Below are positions 12,378 to 24,100 of a stretch of DNA of 48,971 nucleotides, piece by piece (positions within the stretch are counted from its first letter, which is position 1; each line of letters begins with the position of its first letter). The DNA comes from Thraustochytrium aureum. Its lineage: Eukaryota. The notes below the pieces were generated by a model, which searched no databases, was not told the DNA's origin, and saw nothing but the letters and a program-made list of their open reading frames with translations. Location: NCBI GenBank assembly GCA_012862495.1, contig BLSG01000135.1:1-48971 (forward strand), given 5' to 3'. A program made the translations under genes and the position numbers.

Positions 12378-13823
12378 CCTTTTCGTTTCGTCTGCCAGCC
12401 TGACGAAATTGCGTCACGCACGCTCACAACGCCGTGTTGTTCGAGGTCAAGTTGCTCTGCAGACGAAAAAATGTGCAGAAACAGTTCAACTTTCAATGGA
12501 TTGTCTACGTGGATCTGTGGGGTAGGTATCGTCTACACGGTCGTCGCGCACGTTTCGTTTCACCAACTTTTGAGCCAAGTGCGTGTGATTCCGGTCCCGT
12601 GCAGGCCGGGGTGGGTTGTCTCCTCCTCAGGCCGAGCACGCGGTCTCTCGCGCGCAGGGCCGTTCGGTGTCACAGAATGAGACTCGGTCTCAGCAACAAG
12701 GGCGGGCGACTCGGACCCGCATGGATTCGCTTCCTCACCCACCGACGTCAACTTCCTCACCCGTCCGCCTGGAAGACTCGACAAGCGCAATCCTTGTGCT
12801 CCACCCTTTCGCGTTGACAGCACCTTGACAGCACGAACGTTTCCGTCGTCGGATGCGTTGTGCACACCGGGTCTCTGGTGTTTGCGAGGAGGTGTGTGCG
12901 GTGAGTGGNNNNNNNNNNNNNNNNNNNNNNNNNNNNNNNNNNNNNNNNNNNNNNNNNNNNNNNNNNNNNNNNNNNNNNNNNNNNNNNNNNNNNNNNNNNN
13001 NNNNNNNNNNNNNNNNNNNNNNNNNNNNNNNNNNNNNNNNNNNNNNNNNNNNNNNNNNNNNNNNNNNNNNNNNNNNNNNNNNNNNNNNNNNNNNNNNNNN
13101 NNNNNNNNNNNNNNNNNNNNNNNNNNNNNNNNNNNNNNNNNNNNNNNNNNNNNNNNNNNNNNNNNNNNNNNNNNNNNNNNNNNNNNNNNNNNNNNNNNNN
13201 NNNNNNNNNNNNNNNNNNNNNNNNNNNNNNNNNNNNNNNNNNNNNNNNNNNNNNNNNNNNNNNNNNNNNNNNNNNNNNNNNNNNNNNNNNNNNNNNNNNN
13301 NNNNNNNNNNNNNNNNNNNNNNNNNNNNNNNNNNNNNNNNNNNNNNNNNNNNNNNNNNNNNNNNNNNNNNNNNNNNNNNNNNNNNNNNNNNNNNNNNNNN
13401 NNNNNNNNNNNNNNNNNNNNNNNNNNNNNNNNNNNNNNNNNNNNNNNNNNNNNNNNNNNNNNNNNNNNNNNNNNNNNNNNNNNNNNNNNNNNNNNNNNNN
13501 NNNNNNNNNNNNNNNNNNNNNNNNNNNNNNNNNNNNNNNNNNNNNNNNNNNNNNNNNNNNNNNNNNNNNNNNNNNNNNNNNNNNNNNNNNNNNNNNNNNN
13601 NNNNNNNNNNNNNNNNNNNNNNNNNNNNNNNNNNNNNNNNNNNNNNNNNNNNNNNNNNNNNNNNNNNNNNNNNNNNNNNNNNNNNNNNNNNNNNNNNNNN
13701 NNNNNNNNNNNNNNNNNNNNNNNNNNNNNNNNNNNNNNNNNNNNNNNNNNNNNNNNNNNNNNNNNNNNNNNNNNNNNNNNNNNNNNNNNNNNNNNNNNNN
13801 NNNNNNNNNNNNNNNNNNNNNNN

Positions 13824-14429
13824 TTCCTGATCTTGCTCGCCTGCTTTGGGATGGGGCTCGGGTTCTTCAACGCGCTCACCACCTTGCTGGAGCAGCTCGT
13901 GGCCACGGCCGGCTACACCACGGACGACGCGGGCCTGTTTTCTGGCATTCTGCTCGGCTGCGGGTTGCTCTCAGCAATCGGGGTGGGCGTCCTCATGGAC
14001 TGGTACCACAACTACAACCGGTTTCTCAAGATCGGCTTTGTTGTGACTGGCTGCGCCATCGTGGGGCTGGTCTTCGCCGTGCGGCCAGACAATCTGGCGG
14101 GCCTGGCCGTGGTCTTCGCCGTTATGGGAGCCGCGATGGTGCCGATGCTGCCTGTCGCGTTCGAGTGCGGCGTCGAGACGACGTTTCCGGTGAGTGAGGA
14201 CCTCAGCACGGGCATGCTCATGAGCGTGGGGCAGATCACTGGAATCGTGTTCATCGTGGTCCTTGGCAAGCTCCTTGACGAGCAGCCCGTGTATGACCAC
14301 TACGTGCTGGAGCCAGCCTACATCGTCATCCTCGCCTGCACGGCGTTCTTCGTCCTCGGCGTGCAGGCCTACAACGGCAACTACCTGCGCATGAAGGCCG
14401 AGGCGGCCTCCACGAGCCTCGCGCCGTAG
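13824..14429 (+). CDS. MFS transporter, SLC49 (FLVCR/MFSD7)-like; C-terminal half only, 5' part in the gap
   Basis: FGMGLGFFNALTTLLEQL...AGLFSG and LPVAFECGVETTFPVSEDLSTGML, with six hydrophobic helices. Confidence 0.85.
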   Translation, partial: FLILLACFGMGLGFFNALTTLLEQLVATAGYTTDDAGLFSGILLGCGLLSAIGVGVLMDWYHNYNRFLKIGFVVTGCAIVGLVFAVRPDNLAGLAVVFAVMGAAMVPMLPVAFECGVETTFPVSEDLSTGMLMSVGQITGIVFIVVLGKLLDEQPVYDHYVLEPAYIVILACTAFFVLGVQAYNGNYLRMKAEAASTSLAP

Positions 14430-14681
14430 CTACTCAAATCAAGACCATAATAACAGGGAATGCCCCCTTTCACCAGGTCTCGCCGCGGAGCAAGTTGTCC
14501 TTCAGTTCGTTCACTTCACGTGGTGCTCGAGATTGTGAAGCGCTGGCTCCTGCGCGTGCTTTTTTGAGAGGGAGAGCTTGCAAAACGCGTTTCAAGATTC
14601 CTACCGCCTCCCAGCCCACTGCCCTTCTGGCGCCTCTGCGCTTCCGCACACCACTGCGAGCAGGCTGGAGCAACACGAGAC

Positions 14682-14727
14682 CAGCGCAGACCCTCAGCGC
14701 AGACCCTCAGCGCAGACCCCAGCGCAG
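14682..14727. repeat. 13-bp tandem repeat CAGCGCAGACCCT x3.5
   Basis: Read directly from the sequence. Confidence 0.85.
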
Positions 14728-15009
14728 CCAGGCCATCCTACCCACGACAGGCCCGCCCGCCCGCGCCCTGCACGAGACCCCGCCGCACGCGCGCAGCTAG
14801 CTGAGTGAGCCAACCTGCAGGGTGCAGGAGCCGGCCAAGAGCGCGAAGGCGCGACACGCACGCAGAGGCGGATCCCCCTCCGCCTGCTGTGTGCCGCTCC
14901 ACTCTCGTCGCGGCTGCTCAGGAGCGCGAGGTGCGTGGCCATCTCGCGGGCCGATCGTGAGGGACGGCCGCGCGGTCGCTCCGGCCGGCGTCCCTCTCTG
15001 CGCTGCGCG

Positions 15010-18000
15010 ATGGCGTCCTTCTCGTGGAAGTACGTCGTGGCGTGCTTGCTAGTCGCACTTTTTGCGGTCGTGACTGCACAGACAGACGCGCCGTCGGCCT
15101 CGCCTTTGGCAGCACCTTCAAACGCACCAACGACGCAGGGGCCCACCAAGGGGCCCACCAAGGGACCCACCGCAGGGCCCACCGCAGGGCCCACCAAGGC
15201 GCCGACGAAGGGACCCACCAAAAGGCCGACGAAGGGACCCACCAAGGGGCCCACCAAGGGGCCTACCAAGGGGCCCACCAAGGGGCCTACAAAGGGGCCC
15301 ACAAAATCGCCAACCCGATTTCCAACTTATGCACCCGTAACTCGCGTCGCGGCATGCTTGACTGAAAATGTTGGCGTGCTGCTCAACTCGTGCGAATCGG
15401 AACGAGTTCCGCTGATCAACGGCGCAGAGATCCTCCTTCGTTTCGCAAAATACGATTGGGTCTTGCCGTTCATCAACAAGGCCACCAAGCTGCGGGAGGG
15501 ATCGTTCGTGATGAGCACCAAAGGGTTTGCAGTTGCCGACGGCGCCCCAAGAGCCCCGGGCCCCATCCTCGAGATGGACAAAGGCACCATCACCAGAGTG
15601 CGACTCTTGAACGAGCAGCCCACAACGACGAACAACATCGCGAATATCCACACACATGGATTGCACGTGTCGTCGGCCGAAGATGATCCCTCAATAATAG
15701 TTCCTCCCGGGGGCCAACACATCTACGAATACACGCTACCTGACGACCACGCGGGCGGAACACACTGGTACCACCCTCATGTCCATCCCCTGAGTGAGCT
15801 TTTGCAGGTGCAGGCGCTGCCGGGATGATCATCGTGCGTGATGCGCAGGACGGTACCGAAGTTCCGAGCGAGCTCATCGGTCTGCCAGAGCAGGACATCT
15901 TTATCCAGCACATAAAACCGGGTCGGCTGCTGGAACTGAGCGGGGGCCTCCTGACGATGGGTTCACACTGCGACACAATCTCAACGACCCGACGTTTTCG
16001 CTCGACTTTTCTTCCGTCGGATTGGACACAAACACCGGGCTTGCAAGAATGGTGAGCGAGTTATACACGGTAAACGGATTCGTGCAGCCGCGACTCGAAA
16101 TCGAAAGCGGCCGTTGGTACCGTTGGCGTATCGCCAACGTCGCTTCAGTGGTGGACGTCAAACTCGCAATCTACGACACGCCCACGGGGCCAAGCGGAAG
16201 GTGTAAAGCCAAGCTCTTGGCGCGTGATGGGGTCTACCTACCCAACGGCATGCGAGACGTCAACTTTGGCCTCGGAAACCGCATCCACCTCCATCCTGCC
16301 AACCGCGCCGACATTCTCCTGCGCTGTGACGGTTCACCAGGAGCAAAGGTTGAGCTCTATGACGAGTTTAACGGCTTTGACGAATTCGGCCTCGTCAACA
16401 CCGAGGGCGGCGCGGACGTGCCGAAGAAGAATCTTCTCTTGTCCGTCAGCATTGTAACTGCCATCTCGACCGGCTCGCAGCCCCCAGACGAGTTCCAGTT
16501 CACGCCGTGCTTACCGTTCTATCTCAACAACCTGCTCAACAGACAAGTCAAGCCCTACATGGGTGCCACGGACTATGAACGCAGTGAGGTGTTTATGGGC
16601 CTGGTCTCGCCCAGCTATTACTCTGACGAGATCTGGAGCAGCGACAAAAAAACGTTCAAAGTGTCCGTGGACCCTTTCTCGCTGCAAGGCACTCGATTTG
16701 AGGGCTGGTCGGTGACGAAAAACATCTCTATCATGTACCTGGGCGAGGTGCAGCAATGGGAACTCACTGCCGTGAGCCTCAACCACCCACTCCACATTCA
16801 CATCAACCACTTTCAGCTCCTCGAAGACATCAACGACGGCACAGGCTTCAATAAACGCGGTGACTGGGTTGATACAATTCGGCCTCGCGAGGACACGCCA
16901 GTCCGATTTCGCTTCCAGCCAGATACCTTTGTCGGCCGCGTGCCGCTGCACTGCCACAACCATGACCACAATGACGAGGGCGCGATGGGCCAGTCTTGGA
17001 TCGTCCATAACCCGCGCCCTGTCGACAGCGCCGTTGAATCGCTACGCAGACCTTGGAACACCGTTTGCAGCGCCAGAGTGGGGATTACGACCCCTGCTCC
17101 AACGCGGTCGCCCACCCGGAGCCCTTCGAGGACACCGACCAAGGGGCCGACCAAGGCGCCGACCAGATCGCCGACAACCGCGGCGCCGACCAAGTCTCCG
17201 ACGCCATCCCCAACGCGCTCGCCAACGGCCTCGCCGACGATCACCAAACTCAAAATCCGCGTCGGAGCGCCTATCATGGACGTCTTCCCTCACGAGGGCG
17301 TTCGCATCACCACCAGCCTGGTGACGGCAAGTCCCTTTATCAACATCAAGTACTGTTGGACGCGCGACTCGCGCGACGTCGCATACACGTCTGCCGTGGA
17401 AGCTGTGGTGGGTGGCATGGACTCGCTGAGCTGCGAAATGGACGCAAACAGCACTCACGCAACGGCCTTGGGTCGGGCGTTTGCGTCAGGCCGTGCTCGG
17501 CCCTCGCTCGTCATAAGGCCCTGGGTTCTGAGCGCGGGGGGATCTACCGCTTTCGCGTACTTGCGCGCCAGCAAGGCAACACAGACGACGAGATGGTTAC
17601 CGTGCGCGCGATGTCCCCGCCGAGCCAAGGCGCGCTCGCCGTGCAGCCGTCTGGCGGGTTCGCCGCTTCGACGCGCTTTGAACTGCGGCTCTCCTTTACC
17701 CAGGCTGGTTCTGGACCGTCGCCGTTCTTTCGCTTTGCGATTCAAAGAAACACTCTCGCAAGGGAAACGGTGCTGATCTCGGGCGACCTGTCCAGTCCTG
17801 TACTTTCGAACGTGATGCTGCCGTTCTCGGATGACAGCGAGGACGTTTCATTTGTCTCTGTGGTGGGCTATGTCGTCACCGCCGATGGCGGGGTCTCCGA
17901 GGCGAGCTCTCCCGTGTTTATTCGCCTCGATCGCCCCTCTGAGCTCCCTCAAATCAACAATGGCTTTGATGAAGGCGACGCTGAGGACACGTTGCGGGCC

Positions 18001-20854
18001 ATGGTGGCCTTCGCGAGCGTGATAGGGCCGCAGTCGACATGGGAGGCGCGGCACGCTGTCAAAGTGGACTTGGTCGCCCGCCTGCAGGGCACGATAGACA
18101 TTTTACGGATTGAGGCATTCACGCCCGCGCTCGGTCAGCTGGCGCTCTTCGCGCTCCGCAACACGGCCCAGGCCCTGGAAGAAGGCGAAGATGACCTCGC
18201 GATGGCCGTTGTAGAGCTGCTGGTTGAGGTTCTCGGTATGTGGGACGAGTACTTTGGTGATCAGGAAGGGATGACGTTCAACTCATTCCGCATTGTCAGT
18301 TTGGTCTACGCGCTGCCTCGTGGAGCCGTGGAGCTCGCCTTCGAAACGATCGGCGCGATTGCCCAGCTTCCTGGCCTGTGTGCCGCCCAGGCGGATCGCG
18401 TTGAAGGTCCCAGGCCGACCCTTCTGTCTGCCCATCACCGTCTCGTTGCACTTTCAATTCGGAACGAGGCTGCGGGTCAAGGTGCCCTCAATCTGCACGC
18501 TCCAGGACTGCAAGGGGTCGCGCTCAAAGAGTTTGCCAACCTTATCGGCGGCCGGTATCAACCCCCGGGAGACTCGCAGAGCTATTTAGACCTTCCTAGC
18601 CATTTTCTGGCCTCGAGGGAGCTCGCCGAGTATGACGAGGTCGGCGTTTCGGTAACTCGCTTCGCGCCGGATTCGTACTGTGGTCCAGTTGAGGTGGTAG
18701 AGCCTTCCCCAGAAAATGATGCCGGAAACGGCACTCAAGGGGTCCGCTTCCTCCGCATCCGCGGCGCGCGCGACCTTCAGAGCACAGGGAACCAAGTAAA
18801 CGCCGGGAGTGCTCAGTCGTACCAAGCTGTCGTGAGCGATGTGCTGCGCCTTGAGCTTCTCCACAACATTTCGGAGTTTGATCCTGCTGCGGCCGTGAAC
18901 GCCACATTTGTCATCTCGTATTTGATTGCGCCAGAGAACACTGTCGTCTCGGAGGTTCGGTGCGGGCTATTCAGCCAAGCGTCTCGGACCTGGTCCGCAG
19001 AGACCTGCTCCGTGGTGGGGGGGGTAGGTGCTCAAGGGACCGACCTTTCGTGCTCCTGCTCAGGGGTGCCGCCAACGGGCGCTGACTTTGCTGCCTTCGT
19101 GGACGTGCAGCCGACGGACCGTGGCAGCCCTGTCGTGCCGCCGGTCGACATGGGGCTTTCCGCCTCCGAGCTCGCTCAGCGAATGCTAACGGTTGTTGGC
19201 CCTGTGGTCGGAGTCTGGTTCCTCGCATCGCTGGTTTTGTTCAAGCGGGACTTGATTGACGCGGAGCGCGTCCAGCGCGGCGCTTTGCTCGCGTTCATGT
19301 ACGACAAGCGCGCAACGCGCAAACCGCCTGGACCAATCAAGAATCCCCGGCCCGCCATGCGCTCTGCATTGAACAAGCTCAGAGCAATCGCCGCTCGGGG
19401 CTATGCTGGGCCCGGGCTGAAGGTGCCTTCAGAGGGGGGTTGTTCGGCGCGTCGAGCGAGCCCACTCGTTGGTCGGGCTCGCCTTCTTCGACGCGCGCGT
19501 CTCGCGCCTCCTGCGTTCGGCTGTGCCGCTGATGGCAGTTCTGGGGGCTTTTGCGATGGTCGATATCGTTGAGCGAATGGGCTTGGCCTACGCTGCTGCG
19601 CTACCAGTTGCTGCCGCGTTCGTGGGCTTTGGCGGCTTTGCACTTGCGCGCCTTCTACAAGTCTATGCCAGCTTGGTGAAGAAGGACTTTCACCGCGTCG
19701 CACATCTTCAACGGCGGGCCAACGACTTGGGCCACCCGAGCGCCCCGAGCCCAGCCCCACCAAAGCGAGCCAAGTTGCGCCGCACGAGCACTTCCTCGAC
19801 AATGACCGCAGGGCCAGGGCCAAGCCATATGGGGACCATACGTTTCTCGCCCGAGGAGAACGACTTGCGCGACCAGCAGCTCGAGCTATTTCGCTTGTCT
19901 CGTCAGCAAAAGTCGATGCAGCGCGAGCACGACCGTCTGGCCCCGCTCGCGGATCGCTTGCAAGCAAGCGCACGGACTTATTTGTGGTTTCTCAGCCGCG
20001 CGCCTGACCACAAGCACCTCGGCCGAATTTATGGCGGCAAGGTTGAGGTGGCTGCAAAGTACCGCAGGGCGCGAAAGCTTCTTGACAAGAAAGAGAAGGA
20101 TTTCGACACCCGAAAGCCGATGCTTTCTCCGCTTCCTGTGCTCCTGGCCGCCTTGGTCGCCCTTCTCTTTGTCCTGCTGGTCGTCGTCATTGCTCTCGGC
20201 ACTGAGGCTCATCCTGACACCTTGTCGTGGGCCATCGACAGTCTCATTGTTTTCACTGCTGCTGTGTTTATCATCGAGCCCCTGGCTTTGGCTCTGGGCG
20301 AGCTTGTTCGCCCCAAGGGCGACAAGAGGCCTGTGTTGACCAAGCCCCGTGGGCGCTTCTATTCTTGGGACTCGAGGATCTCGACCCGCGATTTAGGCGT
20401 GGAGGACGTCGAGCGCGGCGAGCAGCGCAAAGCCCCAAAGTACCGCGGCTCGGTTCTCTCGCACACCACAGCGCGAACAGCAAAGTCGGGCCTGTGGAAC
20501 AAGTTCCACAGGTTCGCCAAGGGCACTAAATCGGATTATTCTGATGACGAAGATGACGAGGACGAAGTGGGAACCGAGTTCATCGGTTCTGAAGACGACG
20601 AGGGCGGCGAGATCCCGGACGACGACACAACTTTGTACGGCACACAAGGGCCCGGTTCATTCGCTGAATCGAGCTACTACGACAACCGCAGCGCTGCTGC
20701 AAGCCTGGACCCGAGCCTGTTTTCTCGCCCAGCCCAGCGCGGGCGCGGCGAGTCCCGCGGCTTTCGCCGCCGCAAGTCGAAGGCGACCACGCTCTACGTC
20801 TTGGACGACGAGGAGGACCCCGACTACCGGCCCGACGACTGCAATTATGTCTAG
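15010..20854 (+). CDS. Large membrane protein (~1,950 aa): signal peptide, PTKG mucin-like repeats, multicopper oxidase, P/T linker, REJ-like region, GPS-like motif, ~5 TM helices, acidic tail
   Basis: Signal MASFSWKYVVACLLVALFAVVTA. All four MCO copper motifs are present: HTHGLH, HWYHPHVH, HPLHIHINHF and HCHNHDHNDEGAM. REJ-like LVIRPWVLSAGGIYRFRV...PPSQGALAVQPSGGFAASTRFEL. GPS-like CGLFSQASRTWSAETC...CSC. Five ORF pieces join by single-base changes in runs at ~15800, ~15943, ~17537 and ~19436. Confidence 0.8.
15127..15330 (+). repeat. Coding 12-bp repeat encoding (PTKG/PTAG)n; a similar P/T repeat lies at 17090-17245
   Basis: Degenerate CCCACCAAGGGG units. Confidence 0.9.
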
Positions 20855-21185
20855 CTCTCCCGACCGCGCACGCACACTGGCAGGCCCGACTCCGACCCAA
20901 ACGGCGATGCCGAGGGCCGAATTGTTCTTTTGATCAATCTTGAAATTCCTGTCCTCCTGTTTTTTGAACTTTTTTTCTCTTTTTTCTTGATCGACAAGAT
21001 TGTTCAAAGATGAAGGAGCAGTCGGGAGCAGTGCACGACGCCCTGCCCGCAGACGACCAGCGGCCACTCGCAGGGCCAGGGCGCCGCAACTGTCGGACAG
21101 CCTGCTAGGCACCTGCGCGCCGGGCGCCCTCGGCGAGCCCGCGGCTGGCCGCAGGCTACCAGCGCCCGCGCGGGCAAGGGGAGCC

Positions 21186-24100
21186 ATGGTGACGGTTCTG
21201 AACGTGGCAGAAAAGCCCTCCATCGCGAAGACGATGGCGAGCGTGCTCTCTGCCGGGGCGAGCAGGGCGCGCCCAGGTGTCTCAAAGTACAACTTTTGCT
21301 ACGACTTTCGGTGCGCTTTCCAGGTCGCGGGCCTCTTCCCCGATGGCGAGCACGAGATGATCGTGACGTCAGTGTCTGGACACATGATGGGCACCGACTT
21401 CGTCGCCGGGTTCGAAAGCTGGCAAGCATGCGCACCAGAGGAGCTTTTCGAGGCCCCCTTGCAGAAAAGTGTGCTGGAGGGAGCCCGCGACATTGAAAAG
21501 ACGCTCAAACGCGAAGCGCGCAAGGCGCAGCTTCTGGTAATCTGGACCGACAACGACCGGGAGGGCGAGGCGATAGGCCAGGAGATTGTCGAGACCTGCC
21601 GCACAGTCAAGGCCAACATACATGTTCGACGGGCACGCTTCTCGGTGGCGAATGCAGCCAACCTTTGGCAAGCGCTGCGCAGTCTCGAGCACATGAACGA
21701 CCGCGATATCGAAGCAGTCGCGGCGAGGAATGAGATCGATCTCCGCCTCGGGGCCGTATTCACTAGGTTTCAGTCGGTTCAGTTGCAGAGGTCCTTCCCA
21801 GAGATCTCGTCTGTGGTCAGCTTTGGGCCTTGCCAGTTTCCTACGCTCGGCTTTGTTGTGGACCGTGCTGAGGAGATCCGCGGTTTCGTGCCGGAGCCGT
21901 TCTGGGCGATTCACATGGTTTACCACGCCCCGGCTCAGGAGCAAAATGGCGTCCAAGGCTTTCCTGAACGCACCTCTGCCGCAAATCACCGTATCGGCAC
22001 TGCGGTGCGGGGCCAGGAGGGCGAGGCCTGCCCTTTCGAGTGGGACCGCACCCGTCTCTTCGACCACCACTCCAGTGTTGTCCTCTTCGAGCTCTGTGTT
22101 GAGGCGGGCCAAGCCGTTGTCACCCGCGTTGACCGTCGGCCCAAGAGCAAGTGGCGTCCGCTGCCCCTGTCGACCGTCGAGCTGCAAGTGCGCATGTCCA
22201 AATTTTTTCGAATGAACTCCGAGGTGACAATGGCCACTGCCGAGAAACTCTACCAGAAAGGGTTCATCAGCTACCCGCGGACGGAGACGGACGTGTTTGA
22301 CGCCTCTTTCGACTTGCGCAGCCTTGTGGAGACCCAGCGAGCGAGCACAACGTGGGGACAGTACGCGGCGCACCTTTTGGACCAGGACGCGTTCCAGCAC
22401 CCGCGTGGAGGGCGGAATAACGACCAGGCCCACCCGCCAATCCACCCTACCGCATGCGTCAACTTGGCCCAACTTGAGAACGACCAGCAGCGCACGCTGT
22501 ATGAGTTTGTGGTCCGGCACTTTCTCGCGTGCTGCAGCCAGGACGCGATGGGGGCTGAGACGACAGTGTTCGCCGAGATGGGCGGCGAAGGCTTTCACGC
22601 TCGCGGGCTGCAAATCCTTGCGCGAAACTACCTCGACGTGTACAGGTACGAGCGCTGGGGGCAGCGCACGCTACCTCCCTTTGAGCAAGGAGATGTTTTC
22701 ACGCCGAGCTTGCTCGAGCTGCGCGAAGGCATCACGCAGGCGCCGGGCTACCTCACCGAAGTTGATCTGATTCGGCTCATGGATCGGCACGGTATTGGGA
22801 CGGACGCGACCATTCAGGACCATATCAAGACGATTCAGGACCGCCGCTATGCGATCAAGCGGAACAACGTGTTCATTCCCGAGCCGCTTGGCAACGCGCT
22901 CATTCTTGCGTACAAGCACATTGGCCACGAGCTTGCAATCTCAAAGCCGGTCATGCGGGCGGCCATGGAGCGCGGCTTTCGAGAGATCTGTCAAGGTGTG
23001 AGTACGCGCCAACAGGTTGTGCAGCGAACCATCGACGTTTTCCGGCAAGTGTTCCTCTCGACCCGGGCGCAAGCGAATGTGTTGTGCCAGTTTGTTGGCA
23101 ACAACTTGCATGGTCCTCCACCGCCTGGCGCACCAGGACCAGACGGTGACGTCGGGGGGGGTGGTCCCGGCTGGCATGGTGATGGCGGCGGCGGCGGCGG
23201 CGGCGGCGATGGTGGCCCTGGTCCCGGAGGAGGTGGCGGGCACAACGCAGGCGTCCCGGGACTCGGGTTGGTGGATGTCAAGGAGAGAATCAAGTCCTTC
23301 AAGTGCAAGAGCAAGGCGCTCTCCACATGCGGGCTCTGCAACAAAAAGTCGATGGATCTGCGACAGAGGTCTGTGCAGGGTGCACCTGGCCCCCGTGGCG
23401 GGAAAACCACAAAGCAGCAGTCCATCTTGCACTGCACATCATGCGACGGTTTGTTCCGCCTCCCTCCCGGCAAAGCAGTAGCTACGGAGCACGTCTGCGC
23501 TCTCTGCAACTCTCAAGTGCTTCAGATTTCCAAGGAAGGGTCGGGCAATGGCTATCACGTTTGCCCAGTCTGCCTCAATGCACCGAGCCACGATATCGAG
23601 GACGCTGCAGGGGCGACCCGCAGAGGCGTCCCTTGCTTCAAATGCAGTGCTCCGAACTGCTCTCTAGCGGGCGGCATTCAAGGCGGCGACGAGCCTGTGA
23701 TGCCGTGCAGAGCTTGCGAGGGAAAAGGGTCGCTATTCCTGAAAAAGGGCAAAGGTGGTGCATTCTTGCTTTCTTGTAGCAACTATCCGAGCTGCAAGTC
23801 TGGCACTGTCTGGGTGGGGGCCGCTGTTGCTGCTGCGGCCTTGGCCCGTAGCGCGTGCCGAGCGTGTCGAGCAAGGACTCTTCGCGTTACTATCCGGCCT
23901 GGCGCTGTCCCCTTGGGTTACATGGCGCAGCAAGAACTTTGCCCAAACCCGTTGTGCAACTCCAACCCAAGCGAATTCGACGATCTGTTCCGGAGGGCTG
24001 GCGGAGCATCGAGGGTCGACGCTTCTGGAACGATGGATTCGTTGCCCCAAGCTCCGGATGCTCGCCGCGACGACCATGTTCGTCCCGAAAACGCCACAAG

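Noticed and set aside
12560..13830. ORFs spanning N-gaps, here and at the other gaps
   Set aside because: Their length is an artefact of N translation, and the frame across a gap is unknown.
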